A DNA stretch of 64,000 nucleotides from assembly GCA_016184305.1 (NCBI GenBank), contig JACPCX010000185.1:1-64000 (forward strand). The letters are read 5' to 3'. This DNA is from Candidatus Rokuibacteriota bacterium. GTDB lineage: Bacteria; Methylomirabilota; Methylomirabilia; Rokubacteriales; CSP1-6. This document shows, in pieces, positions 9,244 through 18,678 of this stretch. A model generated the notes under the pieces. That model worked only from the letters and a program-made list of their open reading frames with translations. It had not been told where the DNA came from and did no database searches. How positions within the stretch are numbered: the first letter of the stretch is position 1; every line of letters begins with the position of its first letter. Position numbers and translations under genes: made by a program.

Positions 9244-11093
9244 GCCCGCGGGAAGTTCATGCAGTCCACGAACACGTCCTGGAAGTCTGGGTGCGCCGCC
9301 AGCGAGACGTGCTCGATGCGCCGCGCGATCCTGTCGGCGCGCGCGCGCTCGGCCTCGGACATGAGGGCGAGCTGCGCGCCGAGCGCCGCCGCGTTGCCCA
9401 CGTAGCGGATCCGGCTCGCGGGCAGGGGGGGGATGAGCCCGATGCGCAGGGCACTCCGGATGGAGAGATAGTTGCCGAAGCCGCCGGCCAGCATCAGCTC
9501 GCTCACCTGCTCCGGGGCGACGCCCGCAATCCGCTGCAGCATGGCGGCGCCCGAGGCGATGGCGCCCTTGCAGAGCTGGACCTGCCGGATGTCGTCCTGG
9601 GTGAGGACGATCTCGCGGGGGGCGTTCCCCTCGCCGGGACGGACCAGGATCACCACCCGCTCCTCGCCGCGCACGCCGATCCGCTCGCGCAGGGGCGAGG
9701 GCAGCAGGTCGCGCTCCTCCACGGCGATGAGCCCCATCCAGTCGACAGCGCCGGTGTCGAGGAGGACCGCGATCGCGTCGATGACCCCGGAGCCGCAGAT
9801 CCCCTGGGCGGGGGCCTCGCCGATGGTGTGAACGCGCAGGTCACCGTCCTCGATCCACACGCGGTCGATGGCGCCGAGCGCCCCGCGCATCCCGTGGCGG
9901 AGCTGCGCTCCCTCGAGGGCGGGACCTGCCGGGGCCGAGCAGGCCCAGAGCTGCTCGCGCGAGCCGAGCAGCACCTCTCCGTTCGTCCCGATGTCCACGG
10001 CGATGCGCAGATCGGGCGTCTCGGCGATGCGCGTGGCCAGCGCGACGCCCACCGCGTCGGCGCCCACGAAGCCCGCCACGATGGGAAGCAGGCAGACGCG
10101 CGCCTCCGGGTTCACCTTGAGGAAGAGCTCGCGCGCCGGGAGAACCAGCGCATGGCGCATGACCGGGGCGTAGGGCGCGAGCCCTACATGGGACGGGTCG
10201 ATGCCGAGCAGGAGGTGGTGCATGCACGTGTTGCCGACGATGACGACCTTGTAGATCCACTTCGCGAGGACCCCCGAGTCCCGCACGATCTGCTCGACGT
10301 GCTGGTTCAGGAGGCCGATGATCCGCGTCTGGAGCTTCCGGAGATTGCCCGGGTTGAACTGCGCGAAGGCGATGCGGGACATCAGGTCGGCGCCGAACAC
10401 CGCCTGGGGGTTGAGGCTCGACACCGCGGCGAGCTGCTCGCCCGACTCCAGCTCCATGAGCGTCGTGACCACGCTCGTGGTGCCGATGTCCACGGCGAGG
10501 CCGAACCTGAGGAGCGAGGTATCCCCGGGCTCGACGGCGAGGAGTCGCGAGCCGAAGGTGGTGACCGTGATCTCGCCCTGGTGTTCGCGGAGCGCGTGGG
10601 GGAGCGTCTTGAGGACCTCGGGAGAGACGTCCTCCGTCGTGCGCCCCATCCGCGCGAGCAGCGCCTCGAGATCCGAGGTCTGGCGATGCTCGTCCTTGGG
10701 GAGATCGACCGTCACGACCTCCTTGCGAATGCCCGAGTCGATCTCGATGCGCGCCAGCTCCTCGCGGGGAACTCGGGCGCCGAGGATCTGGAAGCTCCGC
10801 TCGTCCAGCGGGGGAGCCACGAGGACGTCCACCGGCTCCACCACACGGCACTGGCACGAGAGGCGGTATCCCTCGCGGACGAGGGCGTCGCCCAGCTGGA
10901 GCTCATCCATCACCGTGGGCGGCGGGACCGCGCCCGAGACGAACTTGACGCGGCACGAGGTGCAGCGGCCGCGCCCGCCGCAGGTGGCCGTGATGTCCAC
11001 TCCCGCCGCCTGCGCGGAGGCGAGGATGGTGGCGCCGTGGGCGACCTGGAGCGTGCGGCGCTCCGGCAGGAGGGTGAGGGCGACGGTGGTCAT
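9240..11093 (-). CDS. ASKHA-domain reductive activator of corrinoid proteins (RACo/DUF4445) with N-terminal 2Fe-2S domain
   Basis: CGGRGRCTSC..RLSCQ, DIGTT, DIGTNGE, AGPALEG, GICGSG, AGGFG. Confidence 0.92.
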   Translation of the reverse strand: MTTVALTLLPERRTLQVAHGATILASAQAAGVDITATCGGRGRCTSCRVKFVSGAVPPPTVMDELQLGDALVREGYRLSCQCRVVEPVDVLVAPPLDERSFQILGARVPREELARIEIDSGIRKEVVTVDLPKDEHRQTSDLEALLARMGRTTEDVSPEVLKTLPHALREHQGEITVTTFGSRLLAVEPGDTSLLRFGLAVDIGTTSVVTTLMELESGEQLAAVSSLNPQAVFGADLMSRIAFAQFNPGNLRKLQTRIIGLLNQHVEQIVRDSGVLAKWIYKVVIVGNTCMHHLLLGIDPSHVGLAPYAPVMRHALVLPARELFLKVNPEARVCLLPIVAGFVGADAVGVALATRIAETPDLRIAVDIGTNGEVLLGSREQLWACSAPAGPALEGAQLRHGMRGALGAIDRVWIEDGDLRVHTIGEAPAQGICGSGVIDAIAVLLDTGAVDWMGLIAVEERDLLPSPLRERIGVRGEERVVILVRPGEGNAPREIVLTQDDIRQVQLCKGAIASGAAMLQRIAGVAPEQVSELMLAGGFGNYLSIRSALRIGLIPPLPASRIRYVGNAAALGAQLALMSEAERARADRIARRIEHVSLAAHPDFQDVFVDCMNFPRA

Positions 11094-11205
11094 GCGACGG
11101 AAAGGATACCACTACCGTCGTGTGGCCCGTCTGGCTTGACTTTCCGGGCCCTTTGGGGAATATTGCGGGCACCCACGCAGCCGGTGGGTCCGAGAGGGAG
11201 GGTTG

Positions 11206-12132
11206 GTGTTCCGCTACATCCTCTATCGCCTCCTGTGGTTGATTCCGACTCTCCTCGCCATGGCCGTCGTCACCTTCCTGGTGATGCACGCCACGCCGGG
11301 AAGCCCGCTCGACCCTGTCGCCGAGGGAGCGAACCCGCTCTCGCCGGAGGCGCAGAAGAACCTGGCCGAGGCCTATGGGCTCGACCGTCCGCTGTACGCG
11401 CAGTTCGGCATCTTCCTCGCCAGGGCGGTGCAGGGCGACTTCGGCCAGTCCTTCATCTACAAGACCCGCACCGTCGCCGAGATCATGGTCGAGACCTTCC
11501 CCGTGTCGCTCCTCCTCGGGAGCATGGCGCTCGGCATCGCGGTCGTGGGAGGCGTGACGCTGGGCGTGCTGGCCGCCGTGTACCAGAACCACTCGTGGGA
11601 CTACGTCTCGGTGAGCGTGGCCGCGGTCGGCGTCAGCATTCCCAACTTCGTGCTGGGGGTCTTCTTCATCGTGCTCTTCTCGTTCGTCATCCCGATCTTC
11701 CCCACCGGCGGGTGGGGCTCGCCGCGCGAGTGGGTGCTCCCGACGATCACGCTGGCGCTGGCGCCCATGGGCATCATCGCGCGCTTCACCCGGTCGAGCA
11801 TGATCGAGGTGATCCGCTCCGACTACGTGCGCACCGCGCGGGCCAAGGGTCTGGCCGAGCGCCCCGTGATCCTGCGGCATGTCCTGAAGAACGCGCTGAT
11901 CCCGGTGGTGACGCTGCTGGGCCCGATGTTCGCCGCGGTGGGAACCGGCTCCTTCTTCGTCGAGTCCATCTTCCGGGTGCCGGGGATGGGACGCTTCTTC
12001 GTGCTGTCGATGACGGGCCGTGACTACCCGATGATCATGGCCGTCGTGCTGATCTACGGCGCCTTCCTCGCCCTCATGAACCTGGTGGTGGACGTCCTCT
12101 ATGGCGCTCTCGACCCGCGCATCCGATATTAG
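11206..12132 (+). CDS. Peptide ABC transporter permease, OppB-like
   Basis: DYVRTARAKGL EAA loop and LDPRIRY end. Confidence 0.93.
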   Translation: MFRYILYRLLWLIPTLLAMAVVTFLVMHATPGSPLDPVAEGANPLSPEAQKNLAEAYGLDRPLYAQFGIFLARAVQGDFGQSFIYKTRTVAEIMVETFPVSLLLGSMALGIAVVGGVTLGVLAAVYQNHSWDYVSVSVAAVGVSIPNFVLGVFFIVLFSFVIPIFPTGGWGSPREWVLPTITLALAPMGIIARFTRSSMIEVIRSDYVRTARAKGLAERPVILRHVLKNALIPVVTLLGPMFAAVGTGSFFVESIFRVPGMGRFFVLSMTGRDYPMIMAVVLIYGAFLALMNLVVDVLYGALDPRIRY

Positions 12133-12133
12133 T

Positions 12134-12189
12134 GTCGGAGGGGGGCAGGGCCCCCCTCCGACCCATGATTGCGCGGGCGAAGCCCGCGC
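12134..12189 (+). repeat. Two intergenic hairpins (REP-like)
   Basis: GTCGGAGGGGGGC-AGG-GCCCCCCTCCGAC (13-bp perfect stem) and GCGCGGGC-GAA-GCCCGCGC. Confidence 0.8.
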
Positions 12190-12294
12190 TCGAACGCGGA
12201 ACGCCTCCCGGCGGCGGACGCGGAAGGGGCTCCACGGCCGGCGGCCCGCACCCCGATGGGGGGCGCGACCCTGGAGCGGCGGGGTGGCGGGCGC

Positions 12295-13230
12295 ATGACG
12301 ATCTCGGCTCCTGCCTCCGACACCAGCGTGCCGGCGCCCCACAGGCCCGCCCCCGCGGGCACGCTGGCCTGGCGGGCCGGGCGGACGCATGGGTCGAGCC
12401 TCTGGCGGGACGCGTGGCGGCGCCTCCTCCGGAACAAGCTGGCGGTGACCGGCGGGCTGGCCGTCATCCTCCTCTGCCTTCTCGCCATCTTCGCGGAGGC
12501 GATCGCCCCACACTCCTACACCAGGCCCAACTTCGACCGGCTCTACGAGTTCCCCTCCCGCGACTTCCCGCTGGGCACGGACCAGCTTGGGCGGGACGTG
12601 CTCTCGCGCATGATCTACGGCGCGCGCGTGTCGATGCTGGTGGGGCTCGGCGCGCAGGTCATCGTCGTGCTCATCGGCGTGCCCATCGGCGCCATCTCCG
12701 GGTACATCGGGGGCCGGACGGACCTCTTGCTCACCCGCTTCGTCGACGTGATGTACGCGTTCCCGCGCCTGCTCTTCGTCATCCTGGTCATGTCCATGCT
12801 CGGGGCCGGACTCATGAACATCTTCATCGCGCTCGGGCTCACCGGCTGGGTGGGGATTGCCCGTCAGACGCGGGCCCAGGTGCTCTCCATCAAGGAGAAG
12901 GAGTTCGTGGAAGGGGCCCGCGCGATGGGCGCGGGCTTCTGGCGCGTGATGACGCGGCACGTGCTGCCGGGCGCGCTGACGCCCATCGTGGTCTCCATCA
13001 CCTTCGGCGTCCCGGAGGCGATCTTCACCGAGGCGGCGCTGTCCTTCATCGGCGTGGGGATCAATCCCCCGACGCCCTCGTGGGGGCAGATGGTCGGAGA
13101 GAACCAGCAGTTCCTCCGCTCCTACTGGCACCTCTGCGTGTTCCCGTCCATCGCCATCGCCGTCACCATGCTCTCGTTCACGTTCTTCGGCGACGGGGTC
13201 CGCGACGCGCTGGACCCCAAGATGCAATAA
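12295..13230 (+). CDS. Peptide ABC transporter permease, OppC-like
   Basis: LGTDQLGRDVLSR, EFVEGARAMG, GDGVRDALDP. Start uncertain. Confidence 0.92.
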   Translation: MTISAPASDTSVPAPHRPAPAGTLAWRAGRTHGSSLWRDAWRRLLRNKLAVTGGLAVILLCLLAIFAEAIAPHSYTRPNFDRLYEFPSRDFPLGTDQLGRDVLSRMIYGARVSMLVGLGAQVIVVLIGVPIGAISGYIGGRTDLLLTRFVDVMYAFPRLLFVILVMSMLGAGLMNIFIALGLTGWVGIARQTRAQVLSIKEKEFVEGARAMGAGFWRVMTRHVLPGALTPIVVSITFGVPEAIFTEAALSFIGVGINPPTPSWGQMVGENQQFLRSYWHLCVFPSIAIAVTMLSFTFFGDGVRDALDPKMQ

Positions 13231-13252
13231 CCAGTAAGAAGGAGACTCCATC

Positions 13253-14983
13253 ATGCGCATTCCTGACGAGCAGCTGGCGCTGTTTCAGACGCGACTTCTG
13301 GCCATCGGGCTCGGCCGCCGCGACTTCCTCAGGGTCGTGGGCGCCATGGCGGCCTTCGGCGGGCTCGGCTTCGCCACCGAGGCCCGGGCCGCCAAGCCGA
13401 GCAAGCCCGCTGCCGGCGACAAGCTCTCCAAGGACCAGACCTTCCGGTTCGGCGGCGGCGGGTGGTACCAGAACGATCCGGCCAGCCACGATTTCAACAA
13501 GGACCTGTACTGCTCCGGGGTGCCGGCGCTGTGGGCCGGCCTGATGGTCTTCGACGCGGACTTCGTGTCCGTGCCGTGGATGGCCAGCAAGGTGCAGAGC
13601 AACAAGGACGGCTCGGTGTGGACGTTCAGCATCCGGAAGGACTCGCGCTGGTCCGACAACTCGCCGGTGAGCGCGCGCGACTTCGAGTGGTCGTTCAAGC
13701 GCCAGCTGGACCCCGCCACGGCGGCCCCATACGCCTCGTTCCTGTACGACATCAAGAACGGCGAGGCCTTCAACAAGAAGCAGGTCACGGATGCGAGCCA
13801 GGTCGGCGTGAAGGCGAAGGACGACTGGACGCTGGAGGTGACGCTGGAGGGGCCGCGCGGTTACTTTCCGGTCCTGGCGGCGTATCTGGCCGCCTTGCCC
13901 TCCCACCGTGGCGCCGTGGAGAAGCACGGGGACAAGTGGACGGAGGCCGCCAACATCGTGACCAACGGTGCCTTCACGCTGGAGGCGTGGGAGCACAACA
14001 AGCAGATCGTCCTCAAGAAGAACCCCCACTACTACGACGCCAAGAACGTCCACCTCGCGAAGGTGGTCATCCCCATCATCCCGGTGGCCTCGGGCTCATT
14101 GCCCTACGAGAACAACGAGCTGGACATGGCGGCGCTCCAGGCCGGCGATCTCAAGAAGCTCCAGGGCGATCCCCGGTCGTCCAGGGACGTGTTCCGCTAC
14201 CCCTTCCCGGGGACCTGGTATCTCCTTCCCCAGGCGACCAAGGCGCCCTTCGACAACCTCAAGGTCCGGAAGGCGGTGGCCCATGCCATCGATCGGGAGA
14301 ACGTGGTCAAGGTGAGCCAGGGACTGGCCATCCCGGCCTGGTCCATGATCCCGCCCGGCTTCCCCGGAGCCGTGGACGACCCGAAGATCAAGGCCATCCA
14401 GAAGTACGACAAGAAGGCGGCGCTGGACATGCTCAAGGGCACACCCTTCGAGGGGGGCAGGAACTGGCCGAAGATCACGCTCAGCATGCGTGACGAGGGG
14501 CTCGGGTCCAAGCCACTGGCCGAGGCCGTCCAGGCCGTCCTCCTCGACAGCCTCAAGATGAAGACCGATCTCGAGGTGCTCGAGCCGCGGGTGTTCCGCG
14601 AGCGCCTCTGGAAGCAGGATCTCCAGTTCGTCTGGATCCGATGGTTCATGGACTATCCGGACCCGCACAACGAGTACTTCGACACGTTCTACGGCAAGAA
14701 GACCACCGGGAAGCGACAGGCGTGGGTCAACGATGCCTTCGACAAGGAACTCGAGGCCGGGCGCGACACCCGCGACCCGAAGAAACGGCTCGAGCACTAC
14801 AAGAAGGCCGAGGAGATCATGCAGTCCGACGTCGGCTACATCCCCGTGGCCTGGGTGGTGCGCTACGCCGCCAAGAAGCCCTGGGTGGGCGGGCTGGAAA
14901 AGAACAAGGCGGGCGAGTTCGTCGTGGACGGCAACATCTACGTGGACATGCTCCAGCATCTCTACATCATCGAGAAGGGCTAG
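13253..14983 (+). CDS. Family 5 ABC substrate-binding protein with Tat-like leader
   Basis: GRRDFL leader and WTFSIRKDSRWSDNSPVSARDF motif. Confidence 0.92.
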   Translation: MRIPDEQLALFQTRLLAIGLGRRDFLRVVGAMAAFGGLGFATEARAAKPSKPAAGDKLSKDQTFRFGGGGWYQNDPASHDFNKDLYCSGVPALWAGLMVFDADFVSVPWMASKVQSNKDGSVWTFSIRKDSRWSDNSPVSARDFEWSFKRQLDPATAAPYASFLYDIKNGEAFNKKQVTDASQVGVKAKDDWTLEVTLEGPRGYFPVLAAYLAALPSHRGAVEKHGDKWTEAANIVTNGAFTLEAWEHNKQIVLKKNPHYYDAKNVHLAKVVIPIIPVASGSLPYENNELDMAALQAGDLKKLQGDPRSSRDVFRYPFPGTWYLLPQATKAPFDNLKVRKAVAHAIDRENVVKVSQGLAIPAWSMIPPGFPGAVDDPKIKAIQKYDKKAALDMLKGTPFEGGRNWPKITLSMRDEGLGSKPLAEAVQAVLLDSLKMKTDLEVLEPRVFRERLWKQDLQFVWIRWFMDYPDPHNEYFDTFYGKKTTGKRQAWVNDAFDKELEAGRDTRDPKKRLEHYKKAEEIMQSDVGYIPVAWVVRYAAKKPWVGGLEKNKAGEFVVDGNIYVDMLQHLYIIEKG

Positions 14984-14992
14984 GTCCTCGCG

Positions 14993-15037
14993 CTCCGGGG
15001 TGGGGGCCGACAGCCCTGTCCGGTCCCCGCCCCGGGG
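14993..15037 (+). terminator. Long GC-rich hairpin after the substrate-binding protein gene
   Basis: CTCCGGGGTGGGGGCCGACAG...CTGTCCGGTCCCCGCCCCGGGG, weak U-tract. Confidence 0.45.
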
Positions 15038-15068
15038 TCCTTCCGAGCTCACGCCGATGAAGGTCTGC

Positions 15069-15156
15069 CGTGCCCGTCCGCTGTTCCGGGGCCCGGAGCG
15101 AGCCGTCGATCACGTACCACGACACCGAGTGGGGCGTTCCCGACCGCAGTGACCGG
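15069..15156 (+). pseudogene. tag: Remnant of the DNA-3-methyladenine glycosylase I N-terminus
   Basis: RC..A.SEP.ITYHDTEWGVP..DR, then similarity stops abruptly. Confidence 0.6.
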
Positions 15157-15193
15157 CCTTGTCAATCCGGGCGCGAGCCGCTATCCTGCGCCC

Positions 15194-15373
15194 ATGGACC
15201 CTCTCACTCTCGACACGCTCCGCACGCTCGCGCAGTCCCTGGGGCTCGCCCTCAGCGATGAGGAGCTGGACGGCCTCCTGCCCCTCGTCCAAACCGGTCG
15301 CGCGATGACGGCGGCCCTTCCCTCGGAGGCGCTGCGCGATATCGAGCCCGCCTGCCAGTACCGCCTCTTCTGA
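15194..15373 (+). CDS. Small GatC/AtzG-like amidase partner (59 aa)
   Basis: LAQSLGLALSDEEL..EPA pattern, 4 bp upstream of the amidase. Confidence 0.6.
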   Translation: MDPLTLDTLRTLAQSLGLALSDEELDGLLPLVQTGRAMTAALPSEALRDIEPACQYRLF

Positions 15374-15377
15374 GGAG

Positions 15378-16835
15378 ATGCCAGTGAGCGACCTCGTCTG
15401 GACGTCCCTGACGGACCTCGCCCGCGCCATCGCCGCCAGGGACGTCTCGCCCGTGGAGGTCGTCCAGGCTCATCTCGATCGCATCGCGGCGCTGGACGGA
15501 AAGCTCAAGGCCTATCTCACGGTGATGGCGGACGCCGCCCTCGAGCGCGCGAAGGCCGCCGAGGCCGCCGTGATGGAGGGTGAGCCCCTGGGGCGCCTGC
15601 ACGGCGTGCCCGTGGGGTTCAAGGACCTCTACTGCACGAAAGGCGTCAAGACCACGGGTGGCTCCCGCATTCTCGCCGACTGGGTGCCCGATGAGGACGC
15701 CACGGTGGTGTCGCGCCTCGCCGGAGCAGGGGCCATCGCGCTCGGCAAGCTGAACATGCACGAGTTCGCCTTCGGGCCCGAGGGCATCAACCCGCATTAC
15801 GGCACGCCCTGGAACCCGTGGGACCCGAACACCCACCGCATCTGCGGGGGCTCCTCGTCGGGCTCCGGTGCCGCCGTCGCGGCGGGGCTCTGTCCCGGCG
15901 CCCTCGGGTCCGACACGGGTGGCTCGGTGCGCATCCCGTCGGCCCTGTGCGGGATCAGCGGCATCAAGCCGACGTATGGGCGGGTGAGCCGGGCCGGCGT
16001 GCTACCGCTGGCCTGGTCCCTCGACCACGTGGGGCCCATGTGCCGCACGGCCGCCGACTGCGCCCTGATGCTGGGGGCCATGGCGGGCTATGACCCGCGC
16101 GATCCGACCACGAGCGTGCTTCCCGTGCCGGACTACACGGCGGCCTTGACGGGGCAGGTCAAGGGGCTCCGTGTCGGGGTGCTCCGCTCGTTCTTCCTCG
16201 AGTCCACGGGGGTGGCGCTGCGCCACGCGGTGGAGGAGGCCGTGAAGGTGCTCGAGGGGCTGGGGGCGACCATCCAGGACGTGAACCTGGAGACAGCACA
16301 GTTCACGCCCGGCGCTTCCTACGCGGTGCTCTCCTCGGAGGCGTACGCCTACCACGAGGCCTGGCTCAGGGAGCGACCGGCGGACTATGGTGACGACGTG
16401 CGCCAGCGGCTGCGCGTCGGCGCCTTCATCTCGGCAGCCGAGTATCTGAAGGGCCAGCAGGCCCGCGCACTGATCCGCCGCGAGGTGGATGGCGCTCTCG
16501 CGAAGGCGGATGTGCTGGTCTGTGCCACGACGCCGATCGTGGCGACGGCGGTGGGCCAGAGCGAGGTCACGGTGGAGCACGAGAAGCTGGCCGTGCGCGC
16601 GAGCCTGATCCGGTTCACGCGCCCGTTCAACCTGACCGGCCACCCCGCGGCCTCCATCCCGTGCGGCTTCACCGCGGCGGGGCTGCCGGTGGGACTGCAG
16701 ATCATCGGGCGGCCCTTCGACGAGGCGACGGTGCTCCGGGTGGCCGACGCCTATCAGCGCGCGACGGACTGGCACACGCGCCGCCCCCCGGTGGATCAGC
16801 CGCGGCCTGCCGCGCCCGAGGGGCGGCCAGCGTGA
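15378..16835 (+). CDS. Amidase-signature family protein (GatA/AtzE-like)
   Basis: FKDL, GGSSSGS and GSDTGGSVRIP triad motifs. Confidence 0.93.
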   Translation: MPVSDLVWTSLTDLARAIAARDVSPVEVVQAHLDRIAALDGKLKAYLTVMADAALERAKAAEAAVMEGEPLGRLHGVPVGFKDLYCTKGVKTTGGSRILADWVPDEDATVVSRLAGAGAIALGKLNMHEFAFGPEGINPHYGTPWNPWDPNTHRICGGSSSGSGAAVAAGLCPGALGSDTGGSVRIPSALCGISGIKPTYGRVSRAGVLPLAWSLDHVGPMCRTAADCALMLGAMAGYDPRDPTTSVLPVPDYTAALTGQVKGLRVGVLRSFFLESTGVALRHAVEEAVKVLEGLGATIQDVNLETAQFTPGASYAVLSSEAYAYHEAWLRERPADYGDDVRQRLRVGAFISAAEYLKGQQARALIRREVDGALAKADVLVCATTPIVATAVGQSEVTVEHEKLAVRASLIRFTRPFNLTGHPAASIPCGFTAAGLPVGLQIIGRPFDEATVLRVADAYQRATDWHTRRPPVDQPRPAAPEGRPA

Positions 16836-16882
16836 CGACGGGGCCCGACGTCCTCCCGGGGACGGCTGTGCCTTGCACTGCC

Positions 16883-17158
16883 ATGGATGACGAAGACCCA
16901 ACCGTCGTTCCGATCGAGGATGCGCTCGACCTCCACACCTTCGCTCCTCGCGATATCCCCTCCGTCGTCGAGGCCTATCTCGAGGAGGCGGTGACGCGCG
17001 GCTTCGCGGAGGTGCGGCTCATCCACGGGAAGGGCAAGGGCGTGCAGCGTGCAGTGGTCCAGCGGCTCCTGGACAGGCATCCGCTGGTGCTGCGCTTCTT
17101 CGATGCCCCCGAGGAACGTGGCGGCTGGGGGGCGACGGTGGTGGTGCTGCGCCGCTAG
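16883..17158 (+). CDS. Smr/MutS2 C-terminal domain protein
   Basis: LDLHTF, LIHGKGKG, GGWGATVV. Alternative GTG start at 16832. Confidence 0.88.
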   Translation: MDDEDPTVVPIEDALDLHTFAPRDIPSVVEAYLEEAVTRGFAEVRLIHGKGKGVQRAVVQRLLDRHPLVLRFFDAPEERGGWGATVVVLRR

Positions 17159-17328
17159 CGGGCTGCTGAACAAGGCCCATCTGCGGAGGTACGGCGCCCT
17201 CGGCCGCGCGCTCAACGTGGCTCGCTCACGCTCGCCCGGATTGAGTACGCCTCGCGTGCGGCCGTCGGGCGCCGCCTCGCATCTGGGCCTTTTTGAGCAG
17301 CCCGCAAGGTTTTTCCGCATCCTGCTAG
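17155..17328. mobile_element. CTAG-bounded MITE-like element
   Basis: CTAG at both ends, imperfect terminal inverted repeats, internal ~30-bp inverted repeat. Related partial copy at 55596-55678. Confidence 0.7.
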
Positions 17329-18101
17329 CCCTTGCCGGCGCGGATCAGCATCATCCGGTCGGCGAAGGACCGGATCCTCCCGTCCTCCACGGTGAAGCTG
17401 AACGCCTCGCGGCATCGCGCCGGCGCGTCCAGGACGAAGCGGTCGAGGTGGGCCCTGGCCTCGGCGCTCATGCGCATGCGGCCGGTCCACTCCTCCCACG
17501 GCCGCCCCTTGGTGACGATGGCCTCCTCGATGACCGTGAAGCCGGCCACGGTGAGACAGTCCGTCCATTCCCGCTGGCTGAGGGAGCGCACATGGGAGGG
17601 GTCGCGGCGCTTCTCCACCTCGAGGATGAAGCCCGCCAGCTCCGGATCGTCGTGGCCCAGGATGTCCTGCAGGAGGAACGACCCGCCGGGACGCAGCACG
17701 CGAGCCACCTGCTGGAGCGCCAGCGGGACGGCGGGGAAGTGATGAGCCGCGATGCGGCAGGTGACCACGCCGAAGCTCGCGTCCCGGAATGGCAGCGCAT
17801 CCGCGTCGGCGCCGAGGAAGCGGATGGTCGTCATGCCCTGCGAGGCGGCGAAGGCGCGCGCCGCCAGCAGCATCGGCTCGGTGAGGTCGGTGGCCACCAC
17901 GGTCGGGGTGAAGGCCGAGAAGGCCAGCGCCGTATGGCCGCCGCCCGTGGCGACGTCGAGCACGCGGGTCTGCCCGGTGGCGCGCCCCCACGCCAGGAGG
18001 CGCTCGAGGTCGGGGCCGCCCGCGTGCCCGGCGCTCCGGACATAGGCCTCGGCGGTGGCGCCGAACCGGGCCTGCACCTGCCCCTTGTGCGGGTCGGGCA
18101 C
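17325..18101 (-). CDS. Class I SAM-dependent methyltransferase
   Basis: VLDVATGGGH, RIAAHHF, RDPSHVR. Confidence 0.9.
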   Translation of the reverse strand: MPDPHKGQVQARFGATAEAYVRSAGHAGGPDLERLLAWGRATGQTRVLDVATGGGHTALAFSAFTPTVVATDLTEPMLLAARAFAASQGMTTIRFLGADADALPFRDASFGVVTCRIAAHHFPAVPLALQQVARVLRPGGSFLLQDILGHDDPELAGFILEVEKRRDPSHVRSLSQREWTDCLTVAGFTVIEEAIVTKGRPWEEWTGRMRMSAEARAHLDRFVLDAPARCREAFSFTVEDGRIRSFADRMMLIRAGKG

Positions 18102-18105
18102 GGTA

Positions 18106-18282
18106 TCAGGCTTTCGGCCGGCCGGCGAGGTGGCGGAGGAGGAAGTCGGCGTCGAGGGGAGTCAGATCGAAGCGGCGGCTCGCCTCATCGAGGAGCTTGA
18201 CCCGGTCCGCCGCCGGATTGTCGCGCACCTGCTCGTCGATCCACGTGATGGCCTGCTTGATCGGGGCCTCGCCTGCGGCCAT
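18106..18282 (-). CDS. Small hypothetical protein (58 aa), below the ORF-track cutoff
   Basis: MAAGEAPIKQAITWIDEQVRDNPAADRVKLLDEASRRFDLTPLDADFLLRHLAGRPKA fills the gap between its neighbours. Confidence 0.7.
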   Translation of the reverse strand: MAAGEAPIKQAITWIDEQVRDNPAADRVKLLDEASRRFDLTPLDADFLLRHLAGRPKA

Positions 18283-18289
18283 TCAGCGC

Positions 18290-18598
18290 CTACCCGAAGA
18301 TCTTCTTGAGCCCGCCGAGGAAACCGCTTCCCTCTCCTTGCGCGAGCACCTGGTCCAGCTCGCCGTAATCGAACCAGAGCCCCCCGCAGGCCGAGCACTT
18401 GTCCAGCTCCACCTTGCGGTACGTGATGGTCACCAGCGGCGCGGCGCACTTGGGGCAGCGGTTACGGGCCACCGCGAGCACGCGCTGCCGCTCCGCCGCC
18501 TCGGTGCTGCTCTCGGCATCGGCCAGCACCTTCTTCCGCCGCTCGAACTCGAGCCGCGCGAAGTACTCCTCTTCCTGCTCGCTGGGTGTGACGGGCAT
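18290..18598 (-). CDS. zf-TFIIB zinc-ribbon protein
   Basis: CPKC..LDKCSACGGLWFDYGELD. Confidence 0.85.
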   Translation of the reverse strand: MPVTPSEQEEEYFARLEFERRKKVLADAESSTEAAERQRVLAVARNRCPKCAAPLVTITYRKVELDKCSACGGLWFDYGELDQVLAQGEGSGFLGGLKKIFG

Positions 18599-18678
18599 GG
18601 CGGTTCCCTCCCTCGCTTACGGCGCGCCCCGGGCCCGCGGATGGGCGCACCGGAGGCGCGCCATCGGATCGAGTCTGG

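Noticed and set aside
9234..12023. Very long alternative ORFs (e.g. 929 aa here, 29603-32467, 32803-35631, 7492-9405)
   Set aside because: Antisense or off-frame shadows of real genes in high-GC DNA, with no motifs.
15378..16835. Amidase as gatA
   Set aside because: No gatB nearby and only general amidase-signature motifs.
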